Positions 9,276 to 18,549 of a stretch of DNA of 45,043 nt are shown here, piece after piece. Each line of letters opens with the position of its first letter. The first letter of the stretch is position 1. Where the stretch lies: assembly GCA_040902005.1 (NCBI GenBank), contig JBBDYA010000006.1:1-45043 (forward strand), written 5' to 3'. The notes below the pieces were generated by a model. That model made no database searches and had not been told where the DNA came from. It was given only the letters and a program-made list of their open reading frames with translations. The translations under genes and the position numbers were made by a program. The stretch is from Gemmatimonadaceae bacterium (lineage in GTDB: Bacteria; Gemmatimonadota; Gemmatimonadetes; Gemmatimonadales; Gemmatimonadaceae).

Positions 9276-10760
9276 CTAGCCGCCTGGGCGGCCGGGTATG
9301 GCGGTGCCGTGGCAGGCGATGCACACCGATGGGTTCTTCTCCAGCATCCGCGCGGCGTTGAATCCCGGCCCGTGCGGATTGAACCGGAACCCACCGCCCA
9401 CCGCGGAATGACACGCGGTGCAACTACGCTCGGCGTGGCACGATGCGCACGTCTCGAGGCTCTGCCGGGCGGCCTGTCCGTGGCCCAGACTGAAGCCGCG
9501 GAAGGCATCGTGGTATCCCTTCTGGCCGATACGCGACGCGGCCACGAGTCCCGCCTGCTGGTGGCAGCTCTGGCAGAACTGCGCCGGATTGTGACAATCG
9601 CTGCAGCTGGACTGGCGGGCATACGCCGCGCTGGGATGGCGCGTGAGGAATCCCTGAGGATGGTAGAGGCTCTGCCGGCCGCCGTCCGGCCGATGGCACT
9701 CGAGGCACGTCGAGCGCGCGTGACACGTCTCGCACGAGGCTGGCCGGGCATTGGCCTCCGGCCCGTGTCCCTCGCGGAACGCCAGCGTGTGGCTCGCCGG
9801 CGCGGCGCGCGTCGTTTGCGCGCCCGCGGCGCGCCCGGAGGACCCTGCCGGCAGGGCCGCCACGGCTGGTGGCACGTCCCGAACGTGGCAGGTCAGGCAG
9901 CTCTCCCGCGCGTGGCAGGTGGCGCAGGTGGCCGTCGCCCGCTGTGCGTCCCTGCCATGCTGCCGCAGGAAGCCCGCGGACGCATGACTCGCCGGCGCCG
10001 ATTGCGTTGACGCGTAGGTGGGTGACCGGTCGTCGAGCGCCAGCGCGCGAATCACGGGCGACTCGGGGGCATTCACGTGGCACCCGAGACACAGGTTGCG
10101 CGCGTGGCACGTGGCGCAGCTGGCGGCGATGGCGACGGCCCCCGGGTGCGCGCCGGGAACCCGCGCGGCACGGCCGTGGCCACCTTCCAGAAAATTGCGC
10201 TCACGATGCGACGCCGGCACGGGAAAGGTCCGGATGTCTTCGCGAGTCAGCGCCGGCGCGTCGGTGAGCCGCACGTGACAGGTCGCGCAGGCTTCAGCCG
10301 GAACGTCCACGTGCGACCCCGTGAGGCCGTGGCAGTCGAGGCACTGCCCTACCACGGCGTGGCGCACCGTCATCCGCGGCGCGTCCGGCTCGTTGTGACA
10401 CGAGGAACAGGTTCGGGCCCGCACGCTATCGGCCGGATCGGCGGCGGCCGACGCGCGACGGTGCCCGTCATGCGTGAACCTCAGGTTCCCCCCGCGCGGG
10501 CCGGTCCGCGGTTCCCACTCGACGCGCGGTTTCACCTCGCCGTCATGGCACGACGCGCACTGCGCCGGCTGCGGCCAGAGCGGCTGCCCGGGCTCGACGA
10601 TGCCCGCGTGACAGGTGGCACAGAGTGGAAACAGCTTCTCGTGCTTGTCGTGAGGGAATCCGGCGCGTTCCTGGCGCACAGCAGCCGGCGCGGCGAACAC
10701 GGTGCCGGCGACCAGCGCCACGACGATCACGGCCGGGAGCACACGCCACCGATGATTCAT
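9276..10760 (-). CDS. Multiheme cytochrome c, 16 CxxCH motifs, signal peptide
   Basis: Start MNHRWR at 10760 overlaps the porin stop. 16 CxxCH motifs counted, many in paired CxxCH-x4/5-CxxCH modules. Confidence 0.92.
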   Translation of the reverse strand: MNHRWRVLPAVIVVALVAGTVFAAPAAVRQERAGFPHDKHEKLFPLCATCHAGIVEPGQPLWPQPAQCASCHDGEVKPRVEWEPRTGPRGGNLRFTHDGHRRASAAADPADSVRARTCSSCHNEPDAPRMTVRHAVVGQCLDCHGLTGSHVDVPAEACATCHVRLTDAPALTREDIRTFPVPASHRERNFLEGGHGRAARVPGAHPGAVAIAASCATCHARNLCLGCHVNAPESPVIRALALDDRSPTYASTQSAPASHASAGFLRQHGRDAQRATATCATCHARESCLTCHVRDVPPAVAALPAGSSGRAAGAQTTRAAPASHTLAFREGHGPEANARPASCETCHARSTCLECHRPDGGRQSLYHPQGFLTRHPSAAYARQSSCSDCHNPAQFCQSCHQQAGLVAASRIGQKGYHDAFRGFSLGHGQAARQSLETCASCHAERSCTACHSAVGGGFRFNPHGPGFNAARMLEKNPSVCIACHGTAIPGRPGG

Positions 10761-12238
10761 CGTCCCATCCTGCGCGCGGGCGGCAAGGGGGTTCGATCGG
10801 CACCGGATCCGAACGCCAGGCTCACGCCGGCGCGGAGTCGCACCTGCGACAGCGACGATGCACTCGCGTCGGGCCGCTCGCGTTGATCGTCGACGAACGC
10901 CACGTCGCTCCACACGCGCCGCTGCACCGTGGGCTTCCACTCCACGCGACCGCCGATCCAGTGACTCGTCGCGTCGTAGTACCGCAGCTCGAGGGGCCGC
11001 GCCATCGTTCCGCCGTACACATCCACCGACAATCGCTCGCCGAGCGTGCAGGTCACGGCACCATCGGCGAACCGACCCGCGGCGCCCGGCCCGTGTTCCA
11101 GCCCATAGTTGCCGTCCAGTACCCAGCGCGACCCCACCGTGGCGCGAGCACCGACGCTGGCGCGCCACCCGCGATCCTCCAGCAGGGGCACGAGCCCGGT
11201 GGACACGTTCGCTGACTCGTAGCGATACCGTTCGCCGCGCCCGTGCAACGAGAGCCGGCCGGACGGCCGCACTTCCACGGACGCGTTCAGCGCGTTGTAG
11301 GGCACGGGACTGAACGCGCCCCACAGCGTCCACAGACTGAAATACGGACGATACCGCCGCGCGCCGCCCGACACGGCGAAGCGCGGTTGCAGGTATGTGA
11401 GCGTGAGGTCCGCCGACCCGAGATGACCCTCCGCGATGTTGTAATCCAGTCCGCCGGCCGCCCGCACGGAGGCGGTGCGCGCCACGAGCGAGATCGCGGT
11501 GCGTTCGGAGACGAAGTAGTCGTCCTGTGGATCCACCTCCCGGCGGTACTCCGCGCGCACGTCCACATCGCGGCGCCGCCACGACGCCTCCGCGCCCGCC
11601 ACGAGTTGCCGGTCGCGCGGCCGCCACTCGTCGAGCGGGTTGAGCGCGGGGCTCGTCACCGGCAGCGCGGCGGCCTGCCCGAGCCCCCAGCCTCCGTACG
11701 CCGCGAAGTCGAGCGAGGCCTTGTCCCAGCGAGCGCCGAGCCACCCGCCGTCGAACCCCAGCCGCTCCAGTCGCGATGACAGCAGCTGACGACCGGCGCG
11801 CCCCGTGAATGCCGGACGTTGGTACTCGAAGTATCCCTCGATGAGCTGACCCGCCGGTTCCACGCCGGGCCACACCCGATCGCGCCCGAGGTCCGCCAGC
11901 AGCCGGCCGGTTGCGCGCAGCGTCAGCCCGGGAACGCCCAGCCCCCACATGACCATGCTCGCGGAGGTCGTCACCGGCACGCCGCGCAGTTCGGGGCCCG
12001 GCCGGAAGTAGTGGCAGTACTCCCCTGCCCCGCACCGCACCGCGTAGCCATCCGGGGTCTGCAATCCGCCGCTGGTGGAGGGCACCACCGCTCCGACCGC
12101 GATGCTGTCGGCGACGAGGCCGCGAAACGAGACCGCTTGGGTGCCCGCATCCAGACGAACGCGATAATTCTGCGCCGAGACCGGAGCGGTCCCCGTTACC
12201 ACGAGGGACACGATCGTCAGTCGGCGCCACTGCGTCAT
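10757..12238 (-). CDS. Outer-membrane beta-barrel porin-like protein of a porin-cytochrome module
   Basis: Signal peptide (VSAQ); long run of amphipathic, aromatic-rich beta strands; translationally coupled between two multiheme genes. Confidence 0.78.
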   Translation of the reverse strand: MTQWRRLTIVSLVVTGTAPVSAQNYRVRLDAGTQAVSFRGLVADSIAVGAVVPSTSGGLQTPDGYAVRCGAGEYCHYFRPGPELRGVPVTTSASMVMWGLGVPGLTLRATGRLLADLGRDRVWPGVEPAGQLIEGYFEYQRPAFTGRAGRQLLSSRLERLGFDGGWLGARWDKASLDFAAYGGWGLGQAAALPVTSPALNPLDEWRPRDRQLVAGAEASWRRRDVDVRAEYRREVDPQDDYFVSERTAISLVARTASVRAAGGLDYNIAEGHLGSADLTLTYLQPRFAVSGGARRYRPYFSLWTLWGAFSPVPYNALNASVEVRPSGRLSLHGRGERYRYESANVSTGLVPLLEDRGWRASVGARATVGSRWVLDGNYGLEHGPGAAGRFADGAVTCTLGERLSVDVYGGTMARPLELRYYDATSHWIGGRVEWKPTVQRRVWSDVAFVDDQRERPDASASSLSQVRLRAGVSLAFGSGADRTPLPPARRMGR

Positions 12239-14301
12239 CGCGGGATCGGCATGGTGAGTTTCGCCCGGTACGCGTCGGGGTCAGTGAGGAAGTGGCACAC
12301 GCTGCATTCCTGGCGGTCGTAATGGTTCGTCGCCTTCGCCGTGTGACAGGTGCCGCAGAAGGCCCGCACCGGCGTGAGCCCCGCGATCGTGGCCGGCGTG
12401 TGGCACGCGTCGCAGCGCTGGTGCGCCACCTCCAGGGTGGTATGCGCGACGCGCGGATCGGCGATCGCATGACACGCGGAACACGTTCGGCCCACGGCGT
12501 GATGCTCGCTGTGGCAATCCTGGCAGAGGGTGCGCGGCGGCACCAGGGTGACCGGAGTGGTGTGGCATTCCATGCACGACCGGGTCTCGTGGCGCGCATG
12601 CAGAAAGTCTATCGGTCGTGTCGCCGGTGATCGGCCGGGGACCGTCACGGTGATGACCGCCGGTTGTGGTGGTACGTACTCGGCGGTACGGTGACACGTG
12701 GCGCACCGGGCCGGTGTCGGCGCCTGGTGATGGCAGATTGCGCAACCGCGCGGCGGCTCGAACGTCAGTCGGCCATGGCCGTCCCCCGTCTGGTGACAGA
12801 CGAGACACGCGAGCCGCGTGTGCCTCGCGTGGGGGAACGTGTCGGCCAGCGCGGCCGGTGCGGCCGGCAGGTATGGCCCGGCGCGAGCGCTCTCTTCCCC
12901 CCCCCCTACCCCCCGGGCGTGCCCGAACCGAGCGTCATCATCGGCGTCGCTAGGGGGGGGGGACGGACCGCCGCCCCGGGCCGATCCCGAGATGACCGAG
13001 TGACGCGGCGGCGGGGACAGGGCATGCGGCGCTGGTGCGGGGGGGGGGGCTGCCGACGGCGGGGTGGGGCGGCGCAGTGCGCTGCTGGTGTCGAAGGGAA
13101 GAGGCGGGCGCAGCCGGCTCCGGGATCGCACGGTGAGGTGGCACGCCTCGCAGCTGCTGGCGTCCACCTTGGCGGCGTGCGGCGCGTGGCAGAGAACGCA
13201 CTGCCGGCCAACGTTGCGATGGCTGGCGCCCCTATGGAACGCCTCGTCCTGCCAGTTGGAATGGCACCCCGATGTGGCGCAGGTCGCGGCCGCCTCTGCG
13301 GTGCTCTTCTGCACGTGCGGGTTGTGGCACATGCCGCACGTGCCGCCGTGCGGATCCCTGTCCTCGTTGAAGTCCGCCAGCACCTGGCGCATCTCGTGGC
13401 ACCCGAGACACTCCGCCCTGCCGGGCACCAGGGTTCCGCGCGCGGAATCGCGCGTGGCGAGTGCGGGAACGTCCGCGGTGAAGCCGTGACAACTCGTACA
13501 GTGGCGAACGGTCTGGCCGGCCATCTTGCCGAGCACGATCCCCGTCTCTTCCGGCTCATGGCAACCGCTCTGGCCGCACGTTGCGGCGACTGGCTGGAAT
13601 CGATGCACCTCGACGCCGTGGCATGACACGCATTGCAGCTCGGCGAGGGCGCTGGAGTCCGACTCCAGATGCACGCGGTGGCCCGCCGTCGCCGCAATGC
13701 GCTGCCAGGTGGCCGTGTCGCCTGTGACATGGCAGCTGGCACACACGCGATCCGGCACCTTCGCGTGTTCGCCGATCTCCTGCGGCCGCTCCGCCACCCA
13801 GAGGTAGAGTTGCCGCATGCTGGCCGTCAGCGGCTGCTGATGGCACGCGTGGCACGACAGCTCGGCGTGCTTGTTCTCGAGATTGGCGAACTTCTGGAAC
13901 GCGGGGTTCATGACGTGACACCCGATGCAGAAGTCGTTCGAGTGCTGCGTATAGTTCCAGGTGGCAGCGCCCATGATGCCGGTACCGATGAGCAGCGCGA
14001 CACCGGCGGCCGCGAGCGCGAATCGAACGGCAGGGGTGCGCGACACCAGCCATGCGCGGATCTCAACGCGGCGCCGGTACAGGAACCGGAGGACGATGAG
14101 AGCAACGGCGGCGCCGACGACGACCCCGCCCATCTGCACCCACGACGGGACCGTGTTCAACAGGAAACGGACGACCTCCGCGACTCCGCCGGGGAGTGGC
14201 GACTCGACGACCACCGTGTCGAGGGTCGCGCCGTGCGTTTGTTGAAGCGCCGCTGCCGGTTGCATGACCCCGGCGGCGACGCCGGGTTGCGTGCCGATCA
14301 C
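12235..14301 (-). CDS. Membrane-anchored multiheme cytochrome c with NapC/NirT-like N-terminus (18 CxxCH + 2 CX4CH)
   Basis: Two TM helices, then YTQHSNDFCIGCHVM...CHACH. A Pro-rich linker separates 11-heme and 9-heme blocks. Confidence 0.9.
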   Translation of the reverse strand: MIGTQPGVAAGVMQPAAALQQTHGATLDTVVVESPLPGGVAEVVRFLLNTVPSWVQMGGVVVGAAVALIVLRFLYRRRVEIRAWLVSRTPAVRFALAAAGVALLIGTGIMGAATWNYTQHSNDFCIGCHVMNPAFQKFANLENKHAELSCHACHQQPLTASMRQLYLWVAERPQEIGEHAKVPDRVCASCHVTGDTATWQRIAATAGHRVHLESDSSALAELQCVSCHGVEVHRFQPVAATCGQSGCHEPEETGIVLGKMAGQTVRHCTSCHGFTADVPALATRDSARGTLVPGRAECLGCHEMRQVLADFNEDRDPHGGTCGMCHNPHVQKSTAEAAATCATSGCHSNWQDEAFHRGASHRNVGRQCVLCHAPHAAKVDASSCEACHLTVRSRSRLRPPLPFDTSSALRRPTPPSAAPPPAPAPHALSPPPRHSVISGSARGGGPSPPPSDADDDARFGHARGVGGGEESARAGPYLPAAPAALADTFPHARHTRLACLVCHQTGDGHGRLTFEPPRGCAICHHQAPTPARCATCHRTAEYVPPQPAVITVTVPGRSPATRPIDFLHARHETRSCMECHTTPVTLVPPRTLCQDCHSEHHAVGRTCSACHAIADPRVAHTTLEVAHQRCDACHTPATIAGLTPVRAFCGTCHTAKATNHYDRQECSVCHFLTDPDAYRAKLTMPIPR

Positions 14302-14320
14302 AACTTATAACGTAATCGAG

Positions 14321-15874
14321 TCACCTACCTGACGGCGTGCGGACCACATGCATTGCGCTGTAGAACGCTTCCTTGTTCAGCCCGTCCAGCCGGGCCTGCT
14401 CCGCGGCGGACGCAGGCAGCCCATAATAACTCCTGATGTAGTCGATCGTGGCGATCATCAGCGCCCGGCACAAGAACGGGTTGTGGACCCCCTTGGAGTT
14501 GTCGGCGGTGGACTGCCCGTACTCGCCACAGAGGCGCGCATTGAACTCGGCGCCCTCGGCTGGCGTGATCGTATTGTCGCTGTTGCTCCATTCCGTCGGA
14601 GTGCTCGCCCGCACCGTGGGCAGCAGTCCGGCGTCCGTGGGCGATGCCTGCATCGAGCCGTTGGCGTTCGAGTCCAACCAGAGCTGGTCCGTGAAGGACT
14701 TCATCAGCGCGCGGGAGTCGTTGAAGATGGTGGCGGCCACACTGGCGTTGGCGTGACAGCCCGCGGTGGTGCAAGTCTGCCACGACCGCGCCGTGGCCGT
14801 GTAGGCGCACGTCTTGTCGGCTATCGGCTTGCCATCGGCGTCCAGGCATGGCACCGGGCGCATGAGGTGACCCGTTGCCTGGAACGAGAATGCCCCAGTG
14901 AGCTGATCGGTCACGGTGAATTTGGCGACGTGACATCCCGCGCAGAGCTTGGGGTTCGCCGTGGTGGCATGCGAGCCGAAGATGCGAGCGGTGTCGTAGG
15001 TGAACCCCGGCGGCCGCCAGCCGGCGAAGCCCAGCAGCATCGCCCCCTGCGGCGCATGGGGTGAGCTGGTAGACACCGTCGGCTCTCCCACGCGCAGATG
15101 GCATCGGATGCAGAGGTTCTCTTCCGGATCCGCGGCCGTCACCGCGAAGCGCAGTTGCCCGGGGTTGTTCTTCGCGTGCGGGTCGTGGCACACCGCGCAC
15201 GTCGTCGCCTGATACGCGGTCGGGTCGTCCCGCTCGATGTAGTTGTCATCGACGCCCCACTTTGCAAGCGCCTTGCGGCCGTCGTGGCAACCGGCGCAGC
15301 TCGCGTTTGCTGCCCGCGACGCGCTGACGTTCGCGTGTCTCGAGGCTGCCCATTCCTCGGCGTACGGCTGATGCGTTCCCGAGTGGCAGTCGCCGCAGTT
15401 GCCGGTGCCCGTCATGCTGAGCTTCGCGAGTGGCCGCACGAGCGAACCCTGACCGACACCCTCTACGTGCTCAAGGCCGGGTCCATGGCAGCTCTCACAC
15501 TGCACGTCGTAGTAGGTCGCTTCCTTGATCGCATCGTGTCCAGCAGTCGTCCCGGAGGCCACGTTCCCCTTGCCCGTGACCGTGTGGCACGCGTAACAGA
15601 AGTCCGCCGCCGCCGTGCTTGAGTTCAGCGTCGTGTAGGCACTCGCGTGCGCCGTGCCTTGCCAGCTTCCCTGAAAACCGGCGTGACAGTTTCCGCACGT
15701 CGTCTGCTTCGTGGCCGCGTCATAGTAGCCGAGGAATCCGGCGGCGGCGGCGTCCGGCTGATTGAACGGCGCCCGATCGCGGAACACAATCTTCTCATCC
15801 GTGCAGCCGTTCAGGAACGTCGCGACGACCAGTGTCGTCAATCCAGCCCGCGTGGTCCAGCGCGCATTGCGCAT
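14321..15874 (-). CDS. Multiheme cytochrome c lipoprotein (8 CxxCH + 1 CX4CH)
   Basis: GAGAGGGA RBS, lipobox FLNGC, heme motifs and C-terminal SKGVHNP. Confidence 0.9.
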   Translation of the reverse strand: MRNARWTTRAGLTTLVVATFLNGCTDEKIVFRDRAPFNQPDAAAAGFLGYYDAATKQTTCGNCHAGFQGSWQGTAHASAYTTLNSSTAAADFCYACHTVTGKGNVASGTTAGHDAIKEATYYDVQCESCHGPGLEHVEGVGQGSLVRPLAKLSMTGTGNCGDCHSGTHQPYAEEWAASRHANVSASRAANASCAGCHDGRKALAKWGVDDNYIERDDPTAYQATTCAVCHDPHAKNNPGQLRFAVTAADPEENLCIRCHLRVGEPTVSTSSPHAPQGAMLLGFAGWRPPGFTYDTARIFGSHATTANPKLCAGCHVAKFTVTDQLTGAFSFQATGHLMRPVPCLDADGKPIADKTCAYTATARSWQTCTTAGCHANASVAATIFNDSRALMKSFTDQLWLDSNANGSMQASPTDAGLLPTVRASTPTEWSNSDNTITPAEGAEFNARLCGEYGQSTADNSKGVHNPFLCRALMIATIDYIRSYYGLPASAAEQARLDGLNKEAFYSAMHVVRTPSGR

Positions 15875-16212
15875 AGCGTCCCTCTCGAGAGGCGTGCGAA
15901 ACGGACATCTGTGCGACCAGGCCGGGATTCGGCCTGGCTCAATAAAACGGCCCAATGAACGATCGCTCTGTCAGGGACTTCCCGGAAGCCTCTGGCCGAG
16001 TTGCACCCACATGGCCGACAAGAAATAATCCTAAGGCGCAACAGTGTGTATGCATGTAGGGCAATACCTGACAAGGTGCCGGGAGAACCGCCCTGCTTCT
16101 TCCGAGCTTTCCACCATGTCCGGCCAGGCACCGCCGACGTAACGATCAGCCGTCCGGCCTGTGCGGCAGAGGTCGTGCCACGAACCGCGCCGCGTCACCC
16201 CTCTGGAATGCG
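15875..16212. promoter_or_regulatory. Divergent promoter region between the cytochrome operon and the NapA-like operon
   Basis: Intergenic and more AT-rich; contains inverted TGTCAGG (15969) and CCTGACA (16067). Confidence 0.5.
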
Positions 16213-18549
16213 ATGAGCACTGTCGATCGGAGGTCGTTCCTGAAGGAGATGGCGGCCGCCACGGCGGGCACAGCCGCGGTTCCCGGCATGCTCGCCGGGT
16301 CCGCGACAACGTCGAAGCACTCGAGCTCGTCGGCTCCCGTCTGGGAGAAGGCGCCCTGCCGGCTCTGCGGCGTCGGTTGCGGACTCCGGGTGGCCATCGA
16401 GGGCGGTCGCGCCGTCGCCGTGCAAGGCGATCCCACGTCGGCCGTGAGCGGTGGGCTCGCGTGCGCGAAAGGTTACTACTCGATCCAGGCACTGTACGGA
16501 CGCGATCGCATCACCCGGGCGTTGATCCGTCGCGATGGTCGGCTGGTCCAGGCGCCGATCGCCGAGGCGCTCGACCTGGTCGCCAGCCGGCTTCGGGAGA
16601 CGGTTCGACAGCATGGCAAGGACAGCGTTGCTGTCTACGGCTCAGCGCAGTGGACCATTCCGGACGCCTACGTCGCCTCGAAGCTGTTCAAGGGTGGGCT
16701 CGGCACGAACAACGTGGAGACCAGCACGCGGCTGTATGGGGCAAGCGCGATGGCGGGGCTCGAGACCAGCTTCGGCCTCGACGGCGCGATCGGCTGCTAT
16801 GAGGACGCGGACCACGCCGACGCATTTGTCATCTGGGACGCCAACCTCGCCGAAACCGACCCGGTGTTCTTCTCGCGCATGCTGGACCGTCGGCGGAACG
16901 ACCCTGCCGTGCGTATCATCGATCTGACGACGCGCACCACGCGCACCAGCTACGCCTCGGATCACGTCCTGCTGCACGCGCCGCACTCGGCGATGGCGAT
17001 CGCGAACGCCATCTGCCGCGAGATCATTGCCCGCGGATGGGAGCGCCGCGATTTCGTGGACCGACACGTCGCCTTCACGCGGGGCAGTACGGACATCGGT
17101 TACGGCCGCCCCGATGACGCGCTGCTCGTTGACGAGGCCACCACCGTTTCGTTCAGCGAGTACAAGGCGTTCCTCGACTCGTCCACGCCGGCGCGCGCGC
17201 AATCGCTGTCTGGCGTACCGGCGGAGCGCATCCAGTGGCTGGCATCGGTGTACGGCGACCCGACGCGCCGGGTGATGTCCGTCTGGGGACCGACCGCGAA
17301 CCAGCACGCGCGCGGCACGTGGTTGAACAACCTGCTCTACAACATCCACCTGCTGGTCGGGAAGATCGCGGCGCCCGGGAACAGCGCGTTCTGCATCGTT
17401 GGGCAACCCAACGGTGGCAGCAGCGTGCACGACGCGGGGACGTTGACGCACACCTTGCCGCGCGGCGTCGTGACCAGCGAGGAGGACCGCCGCCGGGCCG
17501 CAACGATCTGGGACGTGCCGGTGGAGCGGATCGACGCGCGCCCCGCGCACCCCGCCCTGGGCATGCTTCGCGCGCTCGAGCGGGGCGACATCCGCTTCCT
17601 GTGGATTCAGGCGACCAATCCGATGGTGAGCCTGCCCGACATGGGACGGTACCGTCGCGCGCTGGCAAGCGACGATCGCTTCGTGGTCGTCTCTGAGGCC
17701 TATCCCACGCCGACGACGGACCTGGCAGACGTGGTGCTTCCCGCCGCGCTCTGGATCGAGCGAGAGGGCATCTACGCCAACGCCGAGCGGCGCACGCAAC
17801 ATTTCGAGCAGCTCGTCGCGCCACCGGGCGACGCGATGAGCGACGCCTGGCAGATGATCGAGGTCGCGCGCCGGCTGGGACTGTCGCGGCTCTTTCCCTG
17901 GGATCGTCGCGGGCACGTCGCGCACATCTGGGAGGAGTATCGGCGATTTCACATCGATCCGCGCAGCGCGCTCCCGCCGATCGACGAGCTGCGCGCGAAA
18001 CCCGGCGTGATGTGGCCCTTCGTGCATGGTCGCGAAACCAGGTGGCGGTACAACACCGCGCACGATCCGGCGGCAAGCCGCGCGCGCGGCGCCTTCGACT
18101 TCTATGGGTATCCGGACGGCCGCGCGCGGATCTGGCTGCGACCCCACGAGCCGCCGGCGGAATCACCGGACCGCCAGTATCCGTTCTGGCTCAGCACCGG
18201 TCCCGTGCTCGAGCACTGGGGCGGCGGTTCCCTCACGCAGCGGATCCCCACCCTGCATCGCGCGGTGCCCAGTGCGTACGTCGAGATCCACCGCGACGAC
18301 GCCCGGCGCCTGGGCATTCGTCAGGGCGAGGTCGTGCGCCTCGTGAGCCGCCGCGGCGCGCTCGAGATCGACGCGCGCATCGACTACCGCTCGCAGCCGC
18401 AGCGCGGCCAGCTCTTCGTGCCGTCGTTCGACGAATCGTTGCCAGTCCGGCGCCTGTTGTCCGACGCGTCGTGCCCCCTGTCCGGACAACCCGACCTGGG
18501 ACCGTGCGCCGTTCGCGTAGAGCGGATCGCGCAGAAGGGTAGCGCATGA
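16213..18549 (+). CDS. Tat-exported NapA-like molybdopterin oxidoreductase, atypical active site
   Basis: DRRSFLK Tat motif; CRLCGVGCG...CAKG Fe-S motif; overall NapA-like layout. The expected RxCMASA appears as RLYGASA. Confidence 0.88.
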   Translation: MSTVDRRSFLKEMAAATAGTAAVPGMLAGSATTSKHSSSSAPVWEKAPCRLCGVGCGLRVAIEGGRAVAVQGDPTSAVSGGLACAKGYYSIQALYGRDRITRALIRRDGRLVQAPIAEALDLVASRLRETVRQHGKDSVAVYGSAQWTIPDAYVASKLFKGGLGTNNVETSTRLYGASAMAGLETSFGLDGAIGCYEDADHADAFVIWDANLAETDPVFFSRMLDRRRNDPAVRIIDLTTRTTRTSYASDHVLLHAPHSAMAIANAICREIIARGWERRDFVDRHVAFTRGSTDIGYGRPDDALLVDEATTVSFSEYKAFLDSSTPARAQSLSGVPAERIQWLASVYGDPTRRVMSVWGPTANQHARGTWLNNLLYNIHLLVGKIAAPGNSAFCIVGQPNGGSSVHDAGTLTHTLPRGVVTSEEDRRRAATIWDVPVERIDARPAHPALGMLRALERGDIRFLWIQATNPMVSLPDMGRYRRALASDDRFVVVSEAYPTPTTDLADVVLPAALWIEREGIYANAERRTQHFEQLVAPPGDAMSDAWQMIEVARRLGLSRLFPWDRRGHVAHIWEEYRRFHIDPRSALPPIDELRAKPGVMWPFVHGRETRWRYNTAHDPAASRARGAFDFYGYPDGRARIWLRPHEPPAESPDRQYPFWLSTGPVLEHWGGGSLTQRIPTLHRAVPSAYVEIHRDDARRLGIRQGEVVRLVSRRGALEIDARIDYRSQPQRGQLFVPSFDESLPVRRLLSDASCPLSGQPDLGPCAVRVERIAQKGSA

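Noticed and set aside
10761..12599. 1107-aa giant cytochrome ORF (9276-12599)
   Set aside because: The upstream part is an Arg-rich shadow frame over the porin gene; the real start with signal peptide is at 10760.
16213..18549. Assigning the symbol napA
   Set aside because: The catalytic Cys-Met and several cofactor-binding residues are substituted, so nitrate reductase function is unsupported.
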